Positions 11,162 through 21,427 of a stretch of 52,545 nt of DNA are shown piece after piece. Origin of the DNA: Bdellovibrionales bacterium (GTDB lineage: Bacteria > Bdellovibrionota > Bdellovibrionia > Bdellovibrionales > JAUICD01); contig CBDANC010000011.1 in assembly GCA_965197425.1 (NCBI GenBank), positions 1 through 52,545 of the forward strand, given 5' to 3'. Positions within the stretch are counted from its first letter, which is position 1. Each line of letters opens with the position of its first letter. The notes under the pieces were generated by a model. The model saw only the letters and a list, made by a program, of their open reading frames with translations, had not been told where the DNA came from and searched no databases. The position numbers and the translations under genes are program-made.

Positions 11162-11303
11162 TTGACAAATCGTCATGTCTTAATACAGTTTGAAGTTAAA
11201 GGTTGCTTTAATAAAAAACCCATTTATTATACACAATTAAAAGTGACCCATTAACTTACAGGTCTTTAGGTATTAAAAAAGTCATCATAAAGGAGTTATA
11301 GTT

Positions 11304-12392
11304 ATGAAAAAAGCACATTTAACCAAAGTAGCACTGATTATGAGCGTGTTTTGTTTTTTTAAGATGACTATGGCTTTTTCTTATCAACAAGCACAACAAC
11401 CCTTTTCTATGTTTTATCAACAGCCAATATGTCAATATCTTGTTTATTCTTATATAGAAGAAAATGAAGTTAAACCCATAGCGCAAGAATCTTTGCCATT
11501 AATATATTATTTTCATGAGAGTGTTTCTAGAGAACATAAGCCTATTATTTACGATCAAGTAGAAGCTTGGAATAACATTACAGGTAATGAAGTTGTTAGG
11601 ATTAACTCTGAAATTGAATATGGTGCTTTTGATCCTCGCACAGATAATCCTGATCAAAAAAATGTTATTTATTTAATTGATGAGGAAGATTATGCTCGCG
11701 TTTTAAATTCATCTGGCAATGATACCATAAAAGGAACTTCAGACATTTTCCTACCAGGAATGTCTAGGATAGCAATCTCCACAACAAATAATGATCAGGA
11801 TGCTTCCCTATATATTACCGGTTCAGACATTCTCATTAGAGAAGAGGTATTAACTGATATTAGCTTTTACAGATATCAGTTACTCATAGATATGAGGAAT
11901 TTAGGTATTGAAAAAGATTTCAGTAATGAAAGTATTGAAGTTATAAGAGATGCAATAGTAGATTATATGACAAACGTGAGCGATGAAGATTTGAAAGCTG
12001 GCTTAGTAAGAGATATCTATAGGGCAACAGCTATTCAAAATCCTAATCCTGATTCTAGCCAGTTAGATGAAATCAATGCATATGTTGAAAGCTTCACCGA
12101 TGAGCGGCTTAGAGGTATCAGAACTGATGCAATGAATAATCTCTTATCTATAGATATAAGTTCTCAGGACTCAATTGTCTTGCAAAATACTATAAGACGC
12201 GAAATGGGACACGGGTTAGGTTTAGGAAGCTACATGCTTCCCGATGGTCACCCAATGAGGGATTTAAATATAATGAGTCCTTACCGTGGCGCGCAAGCTT
12301 ACAATCAACGAGTTCTTAAAGAAATTGACCTTTTTGCTGTTCAAGGTATACGTTGTCTCTACAGAGGGTACCCTAACTTCACACGTTATTAG
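11304..12392 (+). CDS. Secreted zincin-like paralogue 3, first His lost
   Basis: AAGGAG RBS; aligns with 631-1782; motif reads REMGHGLGLGS. Confidence 0.75.
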   Translation: MKKAHLTKVALIMSVFCFFKMTMAFSYQQAQQPFSMFYQQPICQYLVYSYIEENEVKPIAQESLPLIYYFHESVSREHKPIIYDQVEAWNNITGNEVVRINSEIEYGAFDPRTDNPDQKNVIYLIDEEDYARVLNSSGNDTIKGTSDIFLPGMSRIAISTTNNDQDASLYITGSDILIREEVLTDISFYRYQLLIDMRNLGIEKDFSNESIEVIRDAIVDYMTNVSDEDLKAGLVRDIYRATAIQNPNPDSSQLDEINAYVESFTDERLRGIRTDAMNNLLSIDISSQDSIVLQNTIRREMGHGLGLGSYMLPDGHPMRDLNIMSPYRGAQAYNQRVLKEIDLFAVQGIRCLYRGYPNFTRY

Positions 12393-12551
12393 AAGCCATC
12401 TCTCCTAAGCTGCTAGCTTAGGCCTATTGTTTAATAGCCTGTTACAGAGTTCTTTAGAAAGATAATTCGTTATTTCTTTTGTTTGCCTCTATTTATCTGG
12501 CAGTTAGATAAACAGGACGATTTGACATCTGTCTGTATTGATTTTTTTATT

Positions 12552-13272
12552 TCAGATATGCAGTTTATCTGCATTAAAAACCTTAATATCCGATCCTTTA
12601 GCAAAAATAACTGAGTGAGGTTCTTGCTGACTTAAAAAAACTAAATCGAGGCCCAAAGATTTCCCAATCCACTTTAATTTTTGCGTTGACAATAGGATAA
12701 ATCTCCCAATAGGGGTGACTGACTTTATATGTAAGAGTTTCTCCTGCTCGAGATTTTCCTACTCCAAGTTCATGTTCCTTAAAAAAATGTTCCATAGAAG
12801 TTGGCAAAGGTAGGTGAGGAGAGTTTTTTGCAGTGATATCTAATAACATGGACTTACCATGAGAGGTGAGTTGGTATAAAGCATTTATTTGTTCCTTGGT
12901 TTTATTGATTGTACCAGAGATAGGCGCATACTTATAAGGCTCATTATAAATCATTCGTGCAATTCCAACAATAACATAAGAAGGAACATATTCACGAACA
13001 AAACACACTCCTCTCTGTTCTCCAAACTTAATATAAAATCTTAAATTGACCTCAAAAAAGCAAGTAAACCCTGGCCATTTAAGCCCAAATACCTTAGTGT
13101 TTAAAAACTGAAAAGCCACTAGGCTGACAAAAGCTTTATTTTCAAAATAATCTAACTTGCAACCTTTTGGAAGATAAGGTTTAAGGATGGCATCATCCAC
13201 AGGATAGTTACACAATATAAGATTATGCCATTTTGCAGAAAGAAAAACTCGATTTGAATTTGTCATTATCAC
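12552..13272 (-). CDS. DUF2071/YqjF-family protein with a probable +1 frameshift near the C-terminus
   Basis: FL.A.W..L...NY, VSLVAFQF, EVNLRFY motifs. Removing one base of the A7 tract at 12634-12640 gives FLSQQEPHSVIFAKGSDIKV, a family-like ending with a stop at 12552. Confidence 0.75.
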
Positions 13273-14276
13273 TTAATATTAACATAACAGATACTATATT
13301 TAAAGTATTCTCTTTAATTCTTGCTATGTCAGAGTAGTATCTCATAAATTTTAAGCAAATTTTTATTTTGCCTTCAAACATGTTTAGAAGTGGTCAGGGA
13401 AATGAGATAATAGACGATCTTACCTATAACTCCAACTATGTATCTTTACTTATTGCACATCTTCTTAACATCTCAGCAGAAAATGCTGGGATTTTACGGA
13501 AACTTTATGTTGATTTTAAGTTTTTGGGCTCTGTGATATTGAGAAACTCACTCAACTTTCATGGTCAAAAACCTCTATTTTAGAAGCTTTAAAAAAGCAC
13601 AAAATCAAAAAGAATACTTATAAACAAATTTTTAAAACAGGAGGAAACAATGGAAACACTCATTTAAAATTATTATAAACATATCATTGATATTTGAATC
13701 GTGTTATTGTGCCAAAGAGCTTTTATTCAATGTCGAGAAAATGGTCATAAAGAGGATTAAAAAGGGATTTTCATCATCAGAGCAATTTACTAGAAGGCTT
13801 ACTGGCACAAAGTTGTCTTTCTGAAGTGGGATTTTAGTCTTGTCTAATAGAATAAAGTTGGTTCATAACTTGTAGATGTATTTATCTAATCAAGATGAAA
13901 TAAGAAGGTTATAGGTTCTTAATATACTAATTATCAAAGCGAATGACAACAGACCCTATATAATTATTTGTATTATTGGGGATCAATATCTTTGTAGGAT
14001 GCAAACTGTAATGTCATAAGTGCTCTATGTCGATAAGTAACTTATAGATATTAAAAAATAATCTTTTTACAAAAACAGTTTAAATATTAAAATAACCTGA
14101 GAGCATAAAAAAAAATTCATTATAGTGTTAAAAATTCTAATAGATAAAATAATAGAGTAACATAAAAAAAGATTGTTTAAGAATTCTTCAATATTACATT
14201 GCATTGATGCAATACATTTAATATAATAGTTTTTTATGAATTTCACCTTTTTTAAAATAAAGAAAACAAGGACTTT

Positions 14277-14934
14277 ATGGAAAAAATAATATTAGTAAAT
14301 AGCGTGATAACCTTGATTACAAAAGATCAATTGAAGTCTATCACTCATGATTTTCTAGTTCAAAAAAGATATTGTTCCTGAAGACTTTGAAGTTATCAGA
14401 GAAAAAACTTTTTATGCTTTTCCTATAAGCCAAATAAGTTATACAAATGGACTTAATATAATGATTGAACCAAATAGGGCTTTATTTCAAATATTGAATA
14501 TACCTAACTCCGAAGAAAAAAGAGAGAAAGCTTTAAACTTGTTAAAGAAGATTTCATCAAAATATGTAACTTTTTTTAGAGAGATATTAGAGTGCGAGTT
14601 TATAGGCATTAACTTTGATTTTATAAAAGATGACTTACATTTTGAAACTTTTGTTAAAAAATCTATAAATCTAAACAGTCCATTTTTTAATTTTGAAGGT
14701 AAAAAAAGTGATATTCAAAAAATTGATACATCTTATAGTTCACAAGGTAAAAAATTCAATATAACTATTAGTAAAATTTCAAAAAGAAATATTAAAACAA
14801 ACGTTGAAGATTTTATTACATTATTTAAAATAAATGTACATTATGATCGCAAATATGACGATAATATAGTAAAGATTATTAATGAATTAAAAGAAAACTA
14901 TGAAAAATCATTAAAGTTTATAAGTGAGGTTTAA
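14277..14934 (+). pseudogene. Hypothetical protein, frameshifted at A6 (14362-14367)
   Basis: AAGGA-ATG at 14277 (MEKIILVNSVITL...); removing one A joins it in frame to ORF 14461-14934. Confidence 0.65.
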
Positions 14935-15589
14935 TGAATTTTGAAATGTCTCAAATAATATTTAAATTATTTCTAGAAAATAAATTTTCTAATGAAGAAC
15001 TTGATTCTAAGGTTTTTAAAGAAATTTGTAAAGTTATCAAAGAAAAGCCCTTTGATGGAGATATATTTTCTCATTATGGTGTTTTTTTATAAAGAACCTA
15101 TAAACTATTCTTCTAATAAAGATACAAAACCAGATATAGAGATATATAACAATAGAAAAAGAGAACTAAATAATATTCCAAAAAAATTTATATGAAGAAT
15201 GTAAAGAAGAAGGTTATGAAGTCTTTTCTGATGAAGCAAAAAAGAATGCTCTTGAGATGTTAGATTTTGTAAAAAATAACTCTAAATATAATTGGAGTAT
15301 CTATCCGACAAAAGATCGGGAAATTGCGATAAATTGCACACCAGAAAAAGGAAAAGGGTTATTGATACTTTGTGATTCAAGAGGGAGTATAGCTTATTTT
15401 AAAGTATTTGATGGAAGAAATGCTGGATATAATAGATCCACGAACATTAAAGACTTTCCTTTTAGTTTATTGAAAACAGAGTTGAGCCTTTTAGATCCTT
15501 ATATATATGGTGATAAAAAATTAATTGATACAAAAGTACAACTCAAATCTTCTTATTCTATATTGAACAATGAATATCAAATTGCCTAG
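14934..15589 (+). pseudogene. Hypothetical protein split by two homopolymer frameshifts
   Basis: ATG overlaps the upstream TAA; single-base removal at T7 (15082-88) and A7 (15180-86) fuses three ORF segments. Confidence 0.65.
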
Positions 15590-16046
15590 TTATATAAATG
15601 ACGATGATAAACTTGGGAGGTTTAGTTTGTCTAGCAACCAAGCAAAAAGAGCTATTTCAGGTAATATAGACCCTCAGATTTTTTTTGACACAAAAGGCAA
15701 GCAAATTATTTCTGTAGACCGTCTTTTTTTGTCTCACTTAAAAAAGCTAACAGAAATTCAAGACAAAAATGCTGAAGAACGATCTAAAAGTGAAATCCAG
15801 AAATGGGAAAAAGGAGAACTAAAACAAAAGGGTCAGCCTAAACAAAGAAGTTTTTATGGATGGGCGAGTTTAACAACTTTAGATGCTCAACAAGATGACA
15901 GACAGGTTAAACCAAACCCTATTCCAGAAAATCCTTATCATGCTGATATTACTCTACCTGAAAATACACATGATGCATGTATATTACATGCAAAAGCACT
16001 TGCCGCAAAGTCTGAATGGGTTGGAAGATACAATAAAGAAAATTAG
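15570..16046 (+). CDS. Hypothetical protein, possible RES/ADP-ribosyltransferase-like fold
   Basis: Intact ORF overlapping the upstream gene; R...SVDR...NPYHADI pattern is reminiscent of RES/ART-like proteins (recognition only). Confidence 0.45.
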   Translation: MNIKLPSYINDDDKLGRFSLSSNQAKRAISGNIDPQIFFDTKGKQIISVDRLFLSHLKKLTEIQDKNAEERSKSEIQKWEKGELKQKGQPKQRSFYGWASLTTLDAQQDDRQVKPNPIPENPYHADITLPENTHDACILHAKALAAKSEWVGRYNKEN

Positions 16047-16261
16047 TAACTCAATAGAAAGAACAAAAGCGTTGCACTTGCTATCTGAAGCTATGTTATT
16101 AAATATCGGCTTTTTTTATGAAAAATCAAGACATAAATTCAAATCGCAAGTGTAACACTTTTGTGTTTATAGATATTTTTGTTTTTATTCATGTTAACAT
16201 GAGTCAATAATTGTTGGTTCAATTTGGAGCGATGAAAAAATATTATCTAAAAAGATTTTGA

Positions 16262-16552
16262 TTATTTTTTTTTAGAATAGTTAGGGATTTGCTTTCTTCC
16301 ATAAACTAAGGCCTCAATGGAGATATCTTCATCGAGTGAGTTAAAATGAATAGCTGTACCATCTCCAAAAATTCTAAAGTCTTCTCTTGCTTTTCTTGGA
16401 GCATTGAGGAGCAAAGGATAAAAAGAGAGAGGTACAAGTATAACTCGGCCATCTGTAAGCTGCACATTGATTGTATTTTCTGTGAACCAAACTTTTTTTG
16501 CTTGTGGTTCATCTTCTTTTATTTCATTTATGTTTTGGGTTGATAAACTCAT
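16262..16552 (-). CDS. DUF2442-domain protein (putative antitoxin)
   Basis: LTDGRVILVPLSFYPLL...AIHFNSLDEDISIEAL. Confidence 0.85.
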   Translation of the reverse strand: MSLSTQNINEIKEDEPQAKKVWFTENTINVQLTDGRVILVPLSFYPLLLNAPRKAREDFRIFGDGTAIHFNSLDEDISIEALVYGRKQIPNYSKKK

Positions 16553-16761
16553 AATATTTCTCCAAAAACTCTTTTCGATATTCTAGCATAATTGCTTTTG
16601 CTATGGATATATCTTTTTGGTTTAGCCCTCTACTTTTTTGAAGATATACACTTGGTTCTAGCCAAAAAATGGCTAAACCACCTCCTATACCTTTTTCAAC
16701 ATGAATATGAGGAACTTTATATTGATCTTAAATTTTCCACTCGCAATATTGAAGAACTCAC
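16524..16761 (-). pseudogene. DUF4160-domain putative toxin, frameshifted near the 5' end (absent from the ORF track)
   Basis: Minus strand reads PHIHVEKG...IFWLEPSVYLQKSRGL...EFLEKYYEF; its GTG-SSSILRVENLR start is in another frame; typical position upstream of DUF2442. Confidence 0.75.
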
Positions 16762-16816
16762 TCAATTTTCATGGTCATAACAATAAGTTAAACACTCTAG
16801 AAGTCAACTGATGGTG

Positions 16817-17545
16817 TCATGAACCTTCTTTTTTATCATACACTACTAGGTCAGGAAGTTTCTCATATAATGTTATAGGAATACCTATAGCTTTTAATTG
16901 TTTTTTTTCTAATACCATAAATTTACCACCTTCATTTCGACTTTTAGCTGTATCACCTATATAAAGTATTACTCCTGAATTTCCAATAAAGCGTGAGCAA
17001 AACTCATGTACAATATCTTTATGCAATTGATTGTGTTTTCCTGGTGATAGTTTTATTTCTTTACCACTAAGCAGTCTTACTGGAATTTTTGTTTTGTTTA
17101 AAATACGCTTATATATCTTTTGGAGTTTTGGTAAATCCTTCTTATATTCCTTGATTTTTTGTTTCCAATTATTGTTTGGATATCTCTTTAGCACTTCTAT
17201 AACAGGCTTGTTTAGTGAATAATTATTATTCTTACTATTAGTTGCTCTAGAAGGGTTGTCACGATTCCTATCAACTATTCTTGCTTGTTCAAATTGATGA
17301 AGTGTTTGACGCCTGATAGTTTCTCTTGTATTTGGTTTGTAGTTTTGGTCATAGTATTTACGGATGAATTGCATAATATCCACAGTTGGTGACAAAGGAG
17401 CTTTTGCGTCTTTCCATTCATCTTTTGGACGTATATGAGCTAATGCTAAAAACACCCATGCAGATCGATTATTGTATTGTTGTTTAGGTAGTCCTAATGC
17501 TTTAAGTATTTCTTGAGCTTGAGCTAACTTTCTTTTTTTACTCAT
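16817..17545 (-). pseudogene. BsuBI/PstI-family type II restriction endonuclease, C-terminally truncated
   Basis: [17 protein letters not shown] and LSPGKHNQL motifs; ends just after LPDLVVYD, lacking the downstream catalytic segment. Confidence 0.8.
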
Positions 17546-19035
17546 GTGATTATTGCTTCTTCTAGATAGAAATCTATAATACTATCAATTTTATTCTGAG
17601 TAGTTTCCATATTTTTTAGAAATAATTCTCCTATTTGATGAATAGTTTCTCTAGTTGGCATTTTTAATAATTTAATCTCTGTAGCATTTACTTGTGTGTT
17701 GCCAGATAGACATCGAAAATATTTGTCCATAAGTGTAGAGTTAAAAAGAGTGGCAAGACCATAAGCTTCAAATAAGTTTAATGGTCCATTTTTTCTTCCT
17801 ATATAATTAATATGATTTTCCATAGCTAGTAAGTGGCTTTTTATAATTTGCGGGTTATGGACTGCAGCGATAAGACGCCGTTTTTCATCTTTTGAGCTGA
17901 ACCTTTTTAAAATTACATATAATTGATTGTTAGAAACATGTTTTTTGTAATCTCCAATTAATTTGAAATAAGCATCTTTTTTATTACTTCCAGTCCATTT
18001 AGTTTGAAAAGCTTTAATATTATGCATTTTTAATAGAGGTATAGAATGTTTTTCTTCCTTTGAGTTAGTTATATATTTTCTAGCACGATATTCAACAACC
18101 GGTCCTGTTGATATAAAATAGCCATTTTCTTGAAAACTAGTTGGCCATTTTTCCACAGTTTTTAATATTTTTGCGTCTTCTAAAGTTTCAGGAATCCTAA
18201 TTATTTCGTATTTTGTAGACCTATCAATAATTTGCTTTGCTGAATATCGGTTGTTTTCTATTTGTTTTAAGTCTTTGTATCCAGTAGAAGCACAAATTTC
18301 AATATGTGATTGCTGGTTATGTTTAGTATAACAACAAATGATATTCTCTTGTAATACAGATAACTCTTTAAACACCTGATTTCTTGCTTTGAAAATATGA
18401 ATTTTATTTAAGCTCATTACTTGATTCATGTATTGGCGAAAGCCTTTGAAATAGAGACCGTTAGTAAAGCTACGAGGGACAATGGCAATCATTTGACCAT
18501 TAGGGGTTAGACAGGAAGAGACTATAGCCATAAATGAAGCATAAATGTTAGGGTTTCCTTTATATAGATCAGAAGTGGCCTTTGCATAAGGGGAAGTCTT
18601 AGAATTATATTTAAAGTAAGGAGGATTAATTGAAGAGATATGGAAGGCCTCTTCAGTTTTATCTGGTCTAGCTAATACAAAATCTTTATTGTAAATTTTG
18701 AAAGTAAATTGGCATCCCCGTTTTTTTAATATATGGGCCAAGTACTTCATATTTGCTGTGAGATTTGGAAGAATATCTTCATCAATCTCATATAAAACAG
18801 CATGAATATGTTTGTGTCCTAATTTCAAACAGTGTATAGCAGAAAAAATAGTGAGTACCCCTGTCCCTGCTCCCGCATCTAAGATACGAACAATAGGTGC
18901 ATTTATTGGATGAATCATTTCGGCCATATAATTAGCTATTGTCTGATTTGTAAAATACTGCCCTAAATTTCTTTTTATAGTTTCAGGTTTTTGTATTAAA
19001 CGTTTATTTTGTGAAAAAGTAATGGTTTCTATCAT
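17542..19035 (-). CDS. N6-adenine DNA methyltransferase (BsuBI/PstI/Eco57I-like)
   Basis: [14 protein letters not shown] (motif I), NPPY (motif IV), [10 protein letters not shown]; overlaps the REase start. Confidence 0.9.
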   Translation of the reverse strand: MIETITFSQNKRLIQKPETIKRNLGQYFTNQTIANYMAEMIHPINAPIVRILDAGAGTGVLTIFSAIHCLKLGHKHIHAVLYEIDEDILPNLTANMKYLAHILKKRGCQFTFKIYNKDFVLARPDKTEEAFHISSINPPYFKYNSKTSPYAKATSDLYKGNPNIYASFMAIVSSCLTPNGQMIAIVPRSFTNGLYFKGFRQYMNQVMSLNKIHIFKARNQVFKELSVLQENIICCYTKHNQQSHIEICASTGYKDLKQIENNRYSAKQIIDRSTKYEIIRIPETLEDAKILKTVEKWPTSFQENGYFISTGPVVEYRARKYITNSKEEKHSIPLLKMHNIKAFQTKWTGSNKKDAYFKLIGDYKKHVSNNQLYVILKRFSSKDEKRRLIAAVHNPQIIKSHLLAMENHINYIGRKNGPLNLFEAYGLATLFNSTLMDKYFRCLSGNTQVNATEIKLLKMPTRETIHQIGELFLKNMETTQNKIDSIIDFYLEEAIIT

Positions 19036-19341
19036 TAGTTAGCTCATTGAGTGGATCTAAGTTGTAAGTGCAACTCCTTTTAAAGTTGTTTAAAGAGGGT
19101 TAGAGGAATACTCTAATCAATTCCTTAAAAAAACGAAAGCGACCAAAAAGCCGCCTCGTGCCCCGTCATTCGTAAATCACAGGGGTAGCTAACTAATAAT
19201 ATGATATAAAACAATAAAAAAAGTCAAATTAAAAGCTTTAATATAGGAAATCTATAATCCTTTTTTATTCACCAGAGTCTTACAGTTCGCCTAATATTAG
19301 AGGTGGTCGGCACGACTGGATTTGAACCAGCAAATCTCTTC

Positions 19342-19440
19342 CTCAAAATGGTCTCGCAAGCGACTTTCTGATTGTTAGCCAAGAGGGTTTATACACCCTC
19401 TTTAAAAAGCTAACAATCTAGAAAGCATGACCATTTTGAG
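19342..19440 (-). repeat. Structured three-way-junction element, copy B1
   Basis: Reverse complement: CTCAAAATGGTC/GACCATTTTGAG; GCTTTCT-A-GATTGTTAGC...GCTAACAATC-AGAAAGT; short TCGC/GCGA hairpin. Confidence 0.75.
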
Positions 19441-19587
19441 TATTTTATTATCATACGGACAATAGACATGAATTACCTAACTTCTTTAACTTTGTGTATA
19501 GATAATCTCGTTGTTAAAAGCGAATCTAAAGTGATGAATTCTCTTATGATGGTCGGCACGACTGGATTTGAACCAGCAAATCTCTTC

Positions 19588-19686
19588 CTCAAAATGGTCT
19601 CGCAAGCGACTTTCTGATTGTTAGCCAAGAGGGTTTATACACCCTCTTTAAAAAGCTAACAATCTAGAAAGCATGACCATTTTGAG
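19588..19686 (-). repeat. Structured three-way-junction element, copy B2
   Basis: Same sequence as B1. Confidence 0.75.
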
Positions 19687-19795
19687 TATTTTATTATCAT
19701 ACGGACAATAGACATGAATTACCTAACTTCTTTAACTTTGTGTATAGATAATCTCGTTGTTAAAAGCGAATCTAAAGTGATGAATTCTCTTATGA

Positions 19796-19872
19796 TGGTC
19801 GGCACGACTGGATTTGAACCAGCGACCCCATGCACCCCATGCATGTACGCTACCAGACTGCGCCACGTGCCG
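19796..19872 (-). tRNA. tRNA-Pro(GGG)
   Basis: 77-nt cloverleaf CGGCACG...CGTGCCG-A-CCA; anticodon arm CATGC-ATGGGGT-GCATG; GGTTCAAATCC T-arm. Confidence 0.97.
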
Positions 19873-19881
19873 ACTGACATT

Positions 19882-21291
19882 TTAATCTTTTGATGGATCT
19901 TTTACTCTCTGAGATTTATTATTAGCTGTTCTATCTGTTTTAATAACTTGCTTTGCCCTTGCTATAGCTAAACTATTTGGAGGAATCTCATTTGTAATTG
20001 TAGACCCACTACCTATAACAGACCCCTTTCCTACCCTTATAGGAGCTATAAGTTGTACATCACTGCCGACGAAAACATTGTCTTCTATAAGAGTCTTATA
20101 CTTTTTATGATCTTCCCGGTAATTGCAAGTGATTGTCCCACAACCTATATTAACATTTGATCCTATTTCAACATCACCTAAGTAACTCAAATGAGAAGCT
20201 TTCACATGATCTGCAATAATCGCTTTTTTCGTTTCTACAAAATTGCCTATTTTACAATGGCTTCCAATATGAGTTTCAGATCGCAGTCTAGCATAAGGAC
20301 CAATCAAACTATGAGATTCAACAATAGCATTTTCTAAATAACTTCCTGCTTTGACTTTGACACCACAACCTATTTTAGAATTACGAATAATAGCATTAGG
20401 CTCAACTTCACAACCTTCAGCTATTTGGGAATTTCCTAAAATATAAGTGTTCGGATAAATAATAGTCGTTGGCTTGATATCAACATCATCCTCAATATAA
20501 GTACTTTCAGGATCAATAATCACTACACCCCTATCCATAAGCTGCATGGCTTTTTTATAAAAAACCTTCTTTGTAGCTGTTGCAAGCTCTTGTTGCGATT
20601 CAACTGGATAAGAAATATCTTCGCTCAAAGGAAGATAAGAGACTTTTTCTGGATTTTGTTGCGAAAACCTAAAAAACATATCCGCTAAACTAACTGTCAA
20701 GTCATCTTTTTGATGTGAATGAGACAATGAAAATATATCATTAATAATTGTTTTTTCGAGGATATAAATATTGATTTTTCTAGAAAAATCACTAACTGTA
20801 TTATTCCTTGCTGCTTGCTCCATCTGATGCTTTAAAGCTAAGTTTTGAGTAGATAAAGCTATTGTTAAATCCTTAGAAGATTTCTGAAAACTTTTTATGA
20901 TAGATATCAAATCATTGATTTGTAAAAGAAAACTATCTGCACTCACAAATAAAACGGCTTGACTATCACATCTGGCTGTTAAGGCTGACTTTATACTATC
21001 TATTACATTTTTTAAGTGACTGTGTTGAATATAAGAAACAGAATGTGATGATAAAGACTCTTTGATTTGTGAATGCGTATCTTTCGTAGTGACAATATTT
21101 ATATCCAATTCAATAGGTAGCTCTTGTTGATCTGACAATCCTCTTAAAGCTTTGAAAACCCTCAAAACCATTGGAATGCCTGCAACAGGGTGCATGTATC
21201 TTGAAAGAGGAGAATGCATACTACTATCCCGATCAAATGCTAATATAAATGCGGTAAGCTTTGTTTTTGAAAAAGAATTTGATGTTTTCAT
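19882..21291 (-). CDS. glmU: GlmU-like protein with intact acetyltransferase domain and degenerate uridyltransferase domain
   Basis: GPYARLR, IGNFVETK, KASHLSYLGD, NIGCGTITCNY hexapeptide domain; N-terminal LAAGxGTRM is replaced by LAFDRDSSM. Confidence 0.85.
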   Translation of the reverse strand: MKTSNSFSKTKLTAFILAFDRDSSMHSPLSRYMHPVAGIPMVLRVFKALRGLSDQQELPIELDINIVTTKDTHSQIKESLSSHSVSYIQHSHLKNVIDSIKSALTARCDSQAVLFVSADSFLLQINDLISIIKSFQKSSKDLTIALSTQNLALKHQMEQAARNNTVSDFSRKINIYILEKTIINDIFSLSHSHQKDDLTVSLADMFFRFSQQNPEKVSYLPLSEDISYPVESQQELATATKKVFYKKAMQLMDRGVVIIDPESTYIEDDVDIKPTTIIYPNTYILGNSQIAEGCEVEPNAIIRNSKIGCGVKVKAGSYLENAIVESHSLIGPYARLRSETHIGSHCKIGNFVETKKAIIADHVKASHLSYLGDVEIGSNVNIGCGTITCNYREDHKKYKTLIEDNVFVGSDVQLIAPIRVGKGSVIGSGSTITNEIPPNSLAIARAKQVIKTDRTANNKSQRVKDPSKD

Positions 21292-21427
21292 TATGATCTT
21301 TCATCTATTTTTAGATTGTGCTTGTTTGTTGTATAGTAATCTATTATTTTCATAAAGGAAATGTATTTTTAAGAACTTTGTTAAATAAGGTAAATTTTAG
21401 AATAAGCAGTCAATTTTCATAGAATTC

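Larger units (their letters stand above)
19304..19823 (-). repeat. Two 246-bp tandem units, each with the 28-bp tRNA-Pro 3' end
   Basis: tggtcggcacgactggatttgaaccagc at 19304, 19550 and 19796 (period 246); the two intervening units appear identical. Confidence 0.92.

Noticed and set aside
13368..13583. 71-aa ORF and surrounding AT-rich DNA
   Set aside because: TTG start without an RBS and no recognisable motif; probably decayed sequence
19140..19190. GC-rich patch upstream of the methyltransferase as a riboswitch
   Set aside because: Only weak short hairpins; no recognisable consensus or second copy
19304..19577. Additional tRNA genes at 19304 and 19550
   Set aside because: Only the 28-nt 3' end is present; no D or anticodon arm
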